64,000 nt of DNA from Thermoanaerobaculia bacterium (GTDB lineage Bacteria > Acidobacteriota > Thermoanaerobaculia > UBA5066 > Gp7-AA6): NCBI GenBank assembly GCA_035506175.1, contig DATJPZ010000049.1, positions 13,356 to 77,355 on the forward strand. Reading direction: 5' to 3'. The notes beneath the pieces are model-generated. The model searched no databases. It was not told where the DNA came from and saw nothing but the letters and a program-made list of their open reading frames with translations. Positions 18,697 through 27,341 of this stretch are shown here, in pieces; the first letter of the stretch is position 1; every line of letters begins with the position of its first letter. Both the position numbers and the translations under genes were made by a program.

Positions 18697-21252
18697 GTGA
18701 GCGCTCCGACCCCGCGCACGACCCCCATGCTCCGCCAGTACTTCGAGATGAAGAACCGCGTCCCGGACGCGATTCTGCTCTACCGCATGGGCGACTTCTA
18801 CGAGATGTTCTTCGACGACGCGCGGGACGCGGCACCCCTGCTCGGGATCGCGCTCACGCGCCGCCACCGCGACTCGGACATCGAAGCGCCGATGTGCGGC
18901 GTGCCGCACCAGAGCGTCGACCACCACGTCGCCAGGCTGGTCGCGGCCGGGCGCAAGGTGGCGATCTGCGACCAGCTCGAGGACGCCAGGGCCGCGAAGG
19001 GCCTGGTCAAACGCGACATCACGCGGATCGTCACGCCCGGGACGGTGCTGGATCCCGAGTCGCTCGTCCCCGGCGCGCCGTCGTACCTCGCGGCGATCTC
19101 GCCGGCGGAGGGCGACTGGGGCGTCGCGTTTCTCGACCTGTCGACCGGCCGCTTCCACGCGGGCACCCTCCGCCCCTCTCGTCTCGGCGACGCGTTCGCG
19201 CTCTTCCGCCCTCGCGAGATTCTCCTGCCGGACGACGCCGAGGCGGGGGAGTGGGAGGCGACGCTCACCCGGCGCCCGGCCGCCTGGTGGGAAGCCGCCC
19301 GCGATCGGCCTGCCGCGCCCGACTCCTTCGCGCCGCCGGCCCGGCGGGCCGCCGACGCGGCGCTCGCCTACGCGCACCAGATGCGGCCCGGAGGGCTCGA
19401 GCACGTCGTGCCGCCGGCGCCCCTCGCCTTCGACGCGCGGATGGGGCTCGACGCCGCCGCGGTCGCCACCCTCGAGCTGTTCGAGTCGAGCGAAGGCGCG
19501 AAGGATCGGAGTCTCCTCGCGCTCCTCGACCGCACGCGGACGCCCCTCGGCGCGCGGGCGCTGCGCGAGACGCTGGCGCACCCGTCCCTCGACCCGGTCG
19601 AGCTCGAGGCCCGGTGGGACGCCGTCGGCGAGCTCGCCGCGCATCCGGCGCCGGCGGACGCCCTGGGCGCCGCCCTCGCGGCGGTCGGCGATCTCGAGCG
19701 GCGGTTCGCGCGCGTGTCCGTCGGCACGGCCGGCCCGCGCGAGGTGGCCGCGCTCGGCGCGGGCCTGAAGGCCGTTTCGGACGTGCTCGCCGCGGCCTTG
19801 CCGCTCCGGGCCGCGCGGCTGCGTGCCCTCGCCGACTCGGTGCCCGGGACGGCCGACTGCGTCGAGCGGATCGAAACGACGCTCGCGGACGACCCGCCCG
19901 TTCTCGCCTCCGCCGGTTCCTTCGTGCGCGAGGGCGCCGACGCCGAGCTCGACCAGCTCCGGGCGCTGCGCCGCGACGCGCAGGGCGCGCTCCTCGCGAT
20001 CGAGGCCGAGGAGCGCCGGCGGTCCGGCATTTCGTCGGTGAAGGTCCGGTTCAACCGGGTCTTCGGGTACTCGCTCGAGGTCGGCAACGCGCATCGGGAG
20101 AAAGTTCCGTCGGATTGGATCCGGCGCCAGTCCCTCGCCAACGCCGAGCGGTTCGTGACACCGGCCCTGAAGGACCTCGAGGAAAGAATCCTGGGGGCCG
20201 AGGATCGCATCGCCGAGATCGAGGGAAGGATTTATCGCGAGCTCCTCGCGGGGCTCGCGCTCGCGGGCGACCGCGTGGCAAAGACGGCCCGCGCCATGGC
20301 GGACCTCGACGTCGCGCTCGCGCTCGCGGAAACGGCGCGCTCGGGCGCCTGGGTCCGTCCGACGCTCTCGGAGGCGCCGCGGCTCAGGATCGTGGGCGGC
20401 CGGCACCCGCTCGTCGAGCGGCTGCGCCGCGACGAAGTCTTCGTCCCGAACGACACCGACCTGGCCGGGGACCGGCGCATCCAGCTCGTGACGGGCCCGA
20501 ACATGGGCGGCAAGTCGACGTACCTGCGCCAGGTCGCGACGATCGTGCTGCTCGCGCAGTGCGGCTCTTTCGTCCCGGCCGAAGCCGCGGAGCTTTCGGT
20601 CGTCGACCGGATCTTCACGCGCGTGGGCGCGTCGGATCACCTGTCGCGCGGGGAGTCGACCTTCATGGTGGAGATGCTGGAGTCGGCGGCGATCCTCCGG
20701 GAGGCGACCGCGAAGAGCCTCGTCATCCTCGACGAGGTCGGCCGCGGCACGTCGACCTTCGACGGGCTTTCGATCGCGTGGGCCCTCCTCGAGCACCTGC
20801 ACGACACGCCCGCGCAGGCCGGGTTCGTGCTGTTCGCGACGCACTACCACGAGCTGACCGAGATCGCGCTCGTGCGGCCGGCCGTCGTCAACACGACAAT
20901 GGCGGTCAAGGAAGCGGGCGGCCGCGTCGTGTTCCTCCGCAAGGTGGTGCCGGGCGCCGCCGACCGCAGCTACGGGATCCACGTCGCCGAGCTCGCGGGA
21001 CTGCCCGCGGCGGTGACGGGGCGGGCGCGCGAGGTGCTCGCCAACCTCGAGAAGCAGGAGCTCGACGTGCAGGGCGCTCCGGTGCTCGCGCGCACGCAGG
21101 GACAGAGCGCCGGGACGGGGCAGTTCCTCCTGTTCTCGGCGGACGAGGAGCTCGCCCTGGAGAAACTCCGGGCGGTGGACGTCAACCAGCTCACGCCGAT
21201 CGCCGCGCTGTCGCTCCTGGCGGCGCTGCAGGAGCGGCTGAAGGGAAAGTGA
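18697..21252 (+). CDS. mutS: DNA mismatch repair protein MutS
   Basis: TPMLRQYFEMK, GDFYEMF, Walker A GPNMGGKST, DEVGRGTSTFDG. Confidence 0.95.
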   Translation: MSAPTPRTTPMLRQYFEMKNRVPDAILLYRMGDFYEMFFDDARDAAPLLGIALTRRHRDSDIEAPMCGVPHQSVDHHVARLVAAGRKVAICDQLEDARAAKGLVKRDITRIVTPGTVLDPESLVPGAPSYLAAISPAEGDWGVAFLDLSTGRFHAGTLRPSRLGDAFALFRPREILLPDDAEAGEWEATLTRRPAAWWEAARDRPAAPDSFAPPARRAADAALAYAHQMRPGGLEHVVPPAPLAFDARMGLDAAAVATLELFESSEGAKDRSLLALLDRTRTPLGARALRETLAHPSLDPVELEARWDAVGELAAHPAPADALGAALAAVGDLERRFARVSVGTAGPREVAALGAGLKAVSDVLAAALPLRAARLRALADSVPGTADCVERIETTLADDPPVLASAGSFVREGADAELDQLRALRRDAQGALLAIEAEERRRSGISSVKVRFNRVFGYSLEVGNAHREKVPSDWIRRQSLANAERFVTPALKDLEERILGAEDRIAEIEGRIYRELLAGLALAGDRVAKTARAMADLDVALALAETARSGAWVRPTLSEAPRLRIVGGRHPLVERLRRDEVFVPNDTDLAGDRRIQLVTGPNMGGKSTYLRQVATIVLLAQCGSFVPAEAAELSVVDRIFTRVGASDHLSRGESTFMVEMLESAAILREATAKSLVILDEVGRGTSTFDGLSIAWALLEHLHDTPAQAGFVLFATHYHELTEIALVRPAVVNTTMAVKEAGGRVVFLRKVVPGAADRSYGIHVAELAGLPAAVTGRAREVLANLEKQELDVQGAPVLARTQGQSAGTGQFLLFSADEELALEKLRAVDVNQLTPIAALSLLAALQERLKGK

Positions 21253-22244
21253 GCTCCCGGCTCTTCGTCGTGGGCCTCGGCGGACCGCGGCTCGACGCGG
21301 AGGAAAGCGCGATCCTGAGGGCCGCGCCCCCGTGGGGCGTGATCCTCTTCCGCCGGAACCTCGAGTCCCTCGAAGGCCTGGAGCGTCTCGTCGGGGAGGT
21401 GCGCCGTCAGGGCGTCGAGCACGTGCTGCTCGACCAGGAAGGCGGCCCGGTCGACCGGCTCCGCGACCTCGTCGCGCCGGCGCCGTCGCTGCGCCGCGTG
21501 ACCGGCGCGGGTACGGCGCGCCGCGCGGGCGCCGCGGCGGGCCGGATGCTCGCGCGGCTGGGGTTCGACGTCGATCTCGCCCCGGTGGTCGACCGCGCCG
21601 TCGACGGCGCGGGGTCACGGGTGCTGGGGGAGCGCTGCGCGTCGGCGGATCCGGAGGAAATCGTCCGCGGCGCCGGGGCATTTCTGGAGGGGCTGCACGA
21701 AGCGGGAGTGGGCGGTTGTCTCAAGCACTTCCCGGGCCTCGGGCGGGCCGCGCTCGACACCCACGCGAGGCTCCCGACGCTGGCGCGCGACGCGCGCGAA
21801 GAGGCGCTCGACCTCGAGCCGTTCCGCGCCCTGATGAGCCGCGCGCGGGCGGTCATGGTGTCCCATGCCGCGTTCCCGGACGGTGTCCCCGCTTCGCTGT
21901 CGCGGGCTGTCGCGTCGGAGCTTCTCCGGGGAGGCCTCGGGTTCGAGGGCGCCGCCCTCTCGGACGACCTCGAGATGGGGGCCCTCTCCGGGTTCGGCGA
22001 GCTTCCGGAGCTCTGCGTTCGCGCGAGCGACGCGGGCTGCGATCTGCTCCTCGTCTGCCGGCGGATCGAGGCGTATCCGGCTTGCTTGGAGGCCATCGAG
22101 GCCAGGGTGCCGGGACCCCGGCGCGCGGAGGCCGCGGGGAGGCTCGAGGGCTACGCCCGTCACCTCGCCGCACTCCGCCGCGCGGCCGGTACTGTCGAAA
22201 CGACGCTCGCCCAGGTTCGAACGGAGCTCGCCGCTCTCGCCTAG
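21249..22244 (+). CDS. nagZ: Beta-N-acetylhexosaminidase (GH3, NagZ-like)
   Basis: GTGA overlap with the mutS stop; GH3 motif KHFPGLGRAALDTHARLP. Confidence 0.8.
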   Translation: MSSRLFVVGLGGPRLDAEESAILRAAPPWGVILFRRNLESLEGLERLVGEVRRQGVEHVLLDQEGGPVDRLRDLVAPAPSLRRVTGAGTARRAGAAAGRMLARLGFDVDLAPVVDRAVDGAGSRVLGERCASADPEEIVRGAGAFLEGLHEAGVGGCLKHFPGLGRAALDTHARLPTLARDAREEALDLEPFRALMSRARAVMVSHAAFPDGVPASLSRAVASELLRGGLGFEGAALSDDLEMGALSGFGELPELCVRASDAGCDLLLVCRRIEAYPACLEAIEARVPGPRRAEAAGRLEGYARHLAALRRAAGTVETTLAQVRTELAALA

Positions 22245-22274
22245 AGGCGCGGCGCCGCGGTCGAACCCGGCGGT

Positions 22275-22709
22275 CTAGAACGGCACGTCGTCGTCGTAGC
22301 TCGTGGCCCCGGCCGTGGCCGGCTCGGGAGCTTCGGCGACTTCGCGTGCCGGGCCCGACGACCGGCCCATGCCATCCTCGCGGCGACCGAGCATCACGAC
22401 GTTGGACGCCTTGATCTCGGTCTTGTACCGCTTCTGCCCGTTCTGGTCTTCCCAGCTCCGGGTCTGGAGGCTGCCCTCGACGTAGACCTGCTTGCCTTTC
22501 TGCAGGTACTCGCCGCAGATCTGCGCGAGCTTCTCCCACGCCACGATGTCGTGCCACTCCGTCCGCTCCTGTTTGGCGCCCGAGGCGTCCTTCCAGGCGG
22601 TCGTGGTCGCGAGCGAGAAGCGCGCGAGCGTGGTGCCCTGGGGCGTCGTCCGAATCTCCGGGTCCTTGCCGAGGTTTCCGATCAAGATCACTTTGTTGAC
22701 GCTGGCCAT
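22275..22709 (-). CDS. ssb: Single-stranded DNA-binding protein
   Basis: VNKVILIGNLGKDPE OB-fold N-terminus, acidic tail DDDVPF; AGGAGG SD. Confidence 0.93.
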   Translation of the reverse strand: MASVNKVILIGNLGKDPEIRTTPQGTTLARFSLATTTAWKDASGAKQERTEWHDIVAWEKLAQICGEYLQKGKQVYVEGSLQTRSWEDQNGQKRYKTEIKASNVVMLGRREDGMGRSSGPAREVAEAPEPATAGATSYDDDVPF

Positions 22710-22802
22710 GTATTCGCCCTCCTTTCAGGTGCTGACACCATATTCCACTTTGGCGGGGACAAGTGATGTCCGGGCGGAGCCGGTTAAACTCTCCTGCAAC
22801 AC

Positions 22803-24383
22803 ATGCCGGCGACCGACAGCGACGAGGTCCGGGGGCGCCTGGTCCGGTCTGCATCCACGATCACGCCCCTGACGCTCCTGTCTCGCGTCACCGGGTACCT
22901 GCGCGAGAAGGTCATCGCGTTCACGCTCGGCGCCGGCATGCGCACGGACGCCTTCTTCGTCGCGTTCCGTATCCCCAACATGCTGCGCGAGATCATCGGC
23001 GAAGGCGCGATGTCGTCGGCGGTGATCCCCGTTTACGCCGAGGTGTCTCACCAGCGTGCCGAGGCGGAGGCCCGGGCGTTCGTCGGCCGCGTCGTCGGGA
23101 CCTTCACGCTTCTCCTGACGGGGATTACCGCGCTCGGCATCCTGGCGTCCCCGTGGCTCGTGCGCCTCCTGGCGGCCCCGTTCGAGGCCGACCCGGCGAA
23201 GTTCGCGCTGACGGTCCTGCTGAACCGCTGGATCTTTCCGTACATCCTGCTCGTCTCGCTCGCGGCGCTGTGTCAGGCGCTGCTGAACGCCCACCACCGA
23301 TTCGCGGCCGCGGCCGCCGCTCCGATCCTGCTGAACCTGTCCCTCATTCTCGCCGCCTGGCTCGTCGCGCCCCGCCTCGCCGAGCCGACGTACGCGCTGG
23401 CAGGCGGCGTGCTCGTCGGCGGTCTTCTCCAGATCGTCGTCCAGATTCCGCAGCTGCGGCGGCTCAAGGCGGTGGGCCGCCCGGCCCTCGGCTGGAGCGA
23501 CCCGGCGGTGCGCTCGGTCCTCCTGTTGATGTCCCCGCGGCTGCTCGCCTACGGCATCAACAGCGTCAACACCGTCGTCGCGACGCGCTTCGCGTCGAGC
23601 CTCGGCGACTCGAGCGTGTCCCACCTCTATTACGCGAACCGGCTCAAGGAGCTCGTCCTCGGCGGCTTCGCGGTTTCGGTCGCGACGGCGATCTTGCCGA
23701 CGCTCTCGAAGCAGGCGCTCGCGGCGGACCGCGGTCCGTTCAAGGACCATCTCGCGTTCGCGCTGCGGCTGATCGCGTTCGTGACCGTCCCGGCGAGCGT
23801 CGGCCTCGTGGCGCTGCAGGTGCCGATCGTGCGGGTCCTCTTCGAGGGCGGCCGCTTCGGGGCGGCCGATACGCGCGCGACGGCCGGGGCTCTGGCGACG
23901 CTCTCCCTCGGGCTCTTTTTCTTCGCGTCGGTGCGTGTCGTGGTTCCCGCGTTCTACGCGCTCAAGTCGACGGCGCTCCCGGTCGCGGCCGCGCTCGCGG
24001 ACGCGGCGGTCTTCGTGACGCTGTGCGCGCTCCTGACGAAGCCGCTGGGGCTGCCCGGGATCGGCGCCGCGAGCTCGGCAGCCGCGGCGGTCAACGTGTC
24101 GGTCCTGGTCCTCGTCCTGAGGCGCCGGGAGGGGCGCCTGCGCGGCCGGGCGCTCGCGTCCTCGCTCGCGCGGATCGTCGGCGCCTCGGCCGCCATGGGG
24201 GCGCTGCTCTGGGCGGCCGGCCGGGTCGTCCCGGAGGCGGCGTACCGGGGCTGGCGGGGCGCGGGCCTTCTCTTCGGGGTCATCGGGGCGGCGACGGCCG
24301 TGTACTGGGTCGCGGCGCACCTGCTCGGTTCCCCGGAACCGGGCGAGTTGAAGCGCCTGGCGGCGCGGAGACGCGCCGCTTGA
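22803..24383 (+). CDS. murJ: Lipid II flippase MurJ (MviN)
   Basis: 526 aa, 14-TM MOP-family protein; GAGMRTDAFFVAFRIPNMLR typical MurJ N-terminus. Confidence 0.9.
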   Translation: MPATDSDEVRGRLVRSASTITPLTLLSRVTGYLREKVIAFTLGAGMRTDAFFVAFRIPNMLREIIGEGAMSSAVIPVYAEVSHQRAEAEARAFVGRVVGTFTLLLTGITALGILASPWLVRLLAAPFEADPAKFALTVLLNRWIFPYILLVSLAALCQALLNAHHRFAAAAAAPILLNLSLILAAWLVAPRLAEPTYALAGGVLVGGLLQIVVQIPQLRRLKAVGRPALGWSDPAVRSVLLLMSPRLLAYGINSVNTVVATRFASSLGDSSVSHLYYANRLKELVLGGFAVSVATAILPTLSKQALAADRGPFKDHLAFALRLIAFVTVPASVGLVALQVPIVRVLFEGGRFGAADTRATAGALATLSLGLFFFASVRVVVPAFYALKSTALPVAAALADAAVFVTLCALLTKPLGLPGIGAASSAAAAVNVSVLVLVLRRREGRLRGRALASSLARIVGASAAMGALLWAAGRVVPEAAYRGWRGAGLLFGVIGAATAVYWVAAHLLGSPEPGELKRLAARRRAA

Positions 24384-24853
24384 AAGCCGTCCTGCAGCGC
24401 GTCCGGCGCGCGTCGGTCCGCGTCGGCGGGGAGACCGTCGGTGCGATCGAGCGGGGATTCCTCGTGCTGGTCGGCGCCGAGGTCGGCGACACGCCCGCGG
24501 CGGCCGACGAGATCGCCCGGAAAGTCGCCGGCCTCCGCGTTTTCGACGACGCCGCCGGGAAGATGAACCTCGCGCTCGCCGACGTCGGCGGCGCCGTGCT
24601 CGCCGTCTCGCAGTTCACGCTCGCGGCGGATCTCTCGCGCGGCCGGCGCCCGGGGTTCGAGAAGGCCCTGCGCGGGCCGGAGGCCCAGCCCCTCTACGAG
24701 CGGTTCGTGGCCGCCCTTCGCGGCGCGGGCGTGCGCGTCGAGACCGGCCGCTTCGGCGCGTCCATGGACGTCGAGCTCGTCAACGAAGGGCCTGCGACGT
24801 TCCTGATCGAGGCGTCTCGGGCAAATCCGGATTCCGAATCGGCGTCAGGCTGA
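24380..24853 (+). CDS. dtd: D-aminoacyl-tRNA deacylase
   Basis: TTG start (TTGA overlap with the murJ stop); MKAVLQRV...VSQFTLAAD...SMDVELVNEGPATF (SQFTL and NxGP motifs). Confidence 0.85.
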   Translation: MKAVLQRVRRASVRVGGETVGAIERGFLVLVGAEVGDTPAAADEIARKVAGLRVFDDAAGKMNLALADVGGAVLAVSQFTLAADLSRGRRPGFEKALRGPEAQPLYERFVAALRGAGVRVETGRFGASMDVELVNEGPATFLIEASRANPDSESASG

Positions 24854-25745
24854 AGCAAACCAGAAACACGCCGACACAGAGGAGCGCGACGAGCTTGCGC
24901 CCGAAGTCGAGCGGTTCGTCGTCGTCGTCGACGGGCGGATGCGAGAGTCCCATGACGAACGTCATGAGCAGCGGCAGGACGATCCAGACGAGCGAGCTGG
25001 TGACGCCGGCGACGAGGCAGAGGCCCAGGATCACCAGGGAAATGCGCGGCTGAAGCTTGCCCGCGGCGGCGCGCAGGACGTGGCCGCCGTCGAGCTGCCC
25101 GATCGGAAGGAGGTTCAGGCACGTGACCAGAAGCCCGAACCACGCGGCCATGAACGTCGGGTGCTCGTGGACCGTCGCGCTCGTGTACGGCCCGACGTGC
25201 ATCCAGTGCTGCGCCCAGCGCACGATCATCGGATAGTCGAAGAGCGTCGTGTCGGCGGTCAACGGCTCCGACGAGGGGCGCGGATGCGCGACGCCGTAGA
25301 GAAGAAACGGGAGCGCCGTGAAGAACCCGGCGAGCGGGCCGGCCGCGCCGACGTCCACGAGCTGCTTCTTGGTGCGGATGGGCTCCTTGATCTGGATCAC
25401 CGCCCCGAACGTCCCGGCCGGCACGAGAAAGGGCGGGATGAGGAACGGCGACGGGATGAAGTACGGCAGGGTGGCGGCGATGCCGTAGCGGCGGCACATG
25501 AGGTAGTGGCCGAGCTCGTGGACGCCGAGGATCGTCAGCAGCGGAACCGAGAAGGCGAAACCGTCGGAGAATCGTCCCTTCGCGAGAAACCCGCCCGTCG
25601 TCGTGAAGGCGAGCCCGCCGGCGAGCGTCGCGGTGACGAAGGTCAGGGCCAGAAGAGCCAGGTGAAAGAGGGGGTGCTCGCGGGGCAGCGTGCGCCGGAC
25701 CGGCGGGGGAGCCGGAGCCAGCGGATCGGGAGCCGGACCGTCCAC
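24780..25745 (-). CDS. Site-2 protease family (peptidase M50) membrane metalloprotease
   Basis: HELGHY HExxH motif in a TM helix; multi-TM; directly abuts the upstream MshEN-domain gene. Confidence 0.8.
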   Translation of the reverse strand: MDGPAPDPLAPAPPPVRRTLPREHPLFHLALLALTFVTATLAGGLAFTTTGGFLAKGRFSDGFAFSVPLLTILGVHELGHYLMCRRYGIAATLPYFIPSPFLIPPFLVPAGTFGAVIQIKEPIRTKKQLVDVGAAGPLAGFFTALPFLLYGVAHPRPSSEPLTADTTLFDYPMIVRWAQHWMHVGPYTSATVHEHPTFMAAWFGLLVTCLNLLPIGQLDGGHVLRAAAGKLQPRISLVILGLCLVAGVTSSLVWIVLPLLMTFVMGLSHPPVDDDDEPLDFGRKLVALLCVGVFLVCFSLTPIRNPDLPETPRSGTSQALR

Positions 25746-27020
25746 TTAGGACGGAACGGCGCGCCGCAGCTCGAGGAGGAGCCGGGCGAGCGAGCTGCCG
25801 AGCGCGCTCGCCGCGATCTCGAGGGCGCGGTAGTCGTCGTCGGAGACGGGCGCGCCGAGGCGGTCGGCGTAGAGGAACGCGACGAGGCGGTCCTTGATCC
25901 GCACCGGATAGACCGCGCACGAGGCGGCGGCCTTGTCGCCGAGCAGCGCCGCGAGCTTCGGCGGCATCAGGATCCGCGAGAGCGCGCCGCGATGCGGCGA
26001 GCCCGAGAGCTTCACGAAGGCGAAAATGGACGGCTCGCCCCAGGGCAAACGAATGCCCGACACCTGGTCTCGCGTCAACCCGGAACCGCGCGCCGTCCAG
26101 CCGCGGATGCCGTCCTGAGCCGACGTCAGGAGCATCGCCCGCGGGAGGCGTCCGCACACGGTCTCGAGCGTCGACTCCGCGAGACGATCCCGACCGGGTC
26201 CGCGCGGATCGGGCGCGGCCGCCTCGGCCGCCTCCGCCCGCGGCGCCCACATCTCGCTGACCGCGGCATCCTCGGATTCCGCCGGCTTCCACATCCGGTC
26301 GGCGAGCTCGTCCGGCGTCAGCGGGTGCGGCGGTTCGAAATCCGGCAGCAGATCGGGGGCATCGGCGATCTCGCTCGACGCGTGCTCGGCCGAAAGGAAC
26401 GGCGCGGCGTAGCTGACCGAAACGGGCGGCCCGGCGGCGCCGGCGCCCGGGGAAATCGGAATCGGCCGCCCGCGGAAATTGACGAAGCGCCCCTGCAGCG
26501 ACGCCGGCTGCGTCGCCCGGGCCCGGTAGAGGCGCCGCTCTTCGTTGCGCTCGAGCTTATGGAGGACGCCGCGGAACTCGATCGGGATCGGGCGTCCGTA
26601 GAAGAGGTGAAACGCCTGGAGCAGTCGCACCTCGGAGATCACGGCGGGGATGACGGGGCGGCTCGTCACCGCGGAGATCTCGTCGACGGCGGCGAGGTTC
26701 GACGGATTCTTGAACGCGACGCGCACGCCGCGACCCTCGAGCGCGTAGGGCACGGCCGCGAGCCGCACGGCCGCGCGCTCGGGCAGGAGACGGACGACCT
26801 GCGGCGGCGCCTTGAGGATGTCCGACCACGAGACGTAGTCGCAGCGATGGATCGCGGAGAGCGCGCGCAGAAGATTCTCTTCGCCGAGCAGATCGCGGTC
26901 GAGCAGGATGGTGCCGAGGCGGAACGGCTCGCCCGTGTGTCGCTGGAATCCGAGGGCGCTCTGGACCGCCGTTTCGGACACGACGCCGTCGGCCACGAGG
27001 AGCTCGCCGATGCGCGGCAT
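25746..27020 (-). CDS. MshEN/T2SSE_N (GspE N-terminal) domain protein, paralog 1
   Basis: N-terminal about 140 aa match the GspE/MshE N-terminal domain (IGELLVADGVVSETAVQSAL...CDYVSWSDI...RVAFKNPSNLAAVDEI); Pro-rich linker; conserved C-terminal domain shared with paralog 2. Confidence 0.65.
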   Translation of the reverse strand: MPRIGELLVADGVVSETAVQSALGFQRHTGEPFRLGTILLDRDLLGEENLLRALSAIHRCDYVSWSDILKAPPQVVRLLPERAAVRLAAVPYALEGRGVRVAFKNPSNLAAVDEISAVTSRPVIPAVISEVRLLQAFHLFYGRPIPIEFRGVLHKLERNEERRLYRARATQPASLQGRFVNFRGRPIPISPGAGAAGPPVSVSYAAPFLSAEHASSEIADAPDLLPDFEPPHPLTPDELADRMWKPAESEDAAVSEMWAPRAEAAEAAAPDPRGPGRDRLAESTLETVCGRLPRAMLLTSAQDGIRGWTARGSGLTRDQVSGIRLPWGEPSIFAFVKLSGSPHRGALSRILMPPKLAALLGDKAAASCAVYPVRIKDRLVAFLYADRLGAPVSDDDYRALEIAASALGSSLARLLLELRRAVPS

Positions 27021-27049
27021 GTCGGGATTCTACTTTTTTTCGAAATCCC

Positions 27050-27319
27050 CTACGGAAGGTCGCGCAGGTCCTTTCCCGGTTTGAAGCGGATCGTGTTGCC
27101 CGGGGGGATGGAGACCTCGACGCCGGTCTTGGGGTTGCGGCCGATGCCGCGCTTGCGGCGCTTGACCTGGAAAACGCCGAAGCCCCTCAACTCGATTCGA
27201 TCCCCGGCGCCGAGCGCCGAGCGCATCGCTTCGATCACCGTCTCCACGGCCGTCGCGGCCTTGGCGCGCGGGATCTGGGCGAGGTCGACCACCCGGTCCA
27301 CGATGTCCGCTTTGATCAT
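27050..27319 (-). CDS. IHF/HU family DNA-binding protein
   Basis: GFGVFQVKRRKRGIGRNPKTGVEVSIPPGNTIRFKPGKDL. Confidence 0.9.
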   Translation of the reverse strand: MIKADIVDRVVDLAQIPRAKAATAVETVIEAMRSALGAGDRIELRGFGVFQVKRRKRGIGRNPKTGVEVSIPPGNTIRFKPGKDLRDLP

Positions 27320-27341
27320 GCTCCCTCCGGGATTGGGAGAA

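Noticed and set aside
18682-21681. 999-aa minus ORF and 18573..22244 + ORF across mutS
   Set aside because: Antisense or out-of-frame. Only the nagZ portion (21249..22244) of the + ORF is real.
22725-24320. 531-aa minus-strand ORF opposite murJ
   Set aside because: No domains and an Arg/Asp-rich composition. murJ has a clear 14-TM MOP signature.
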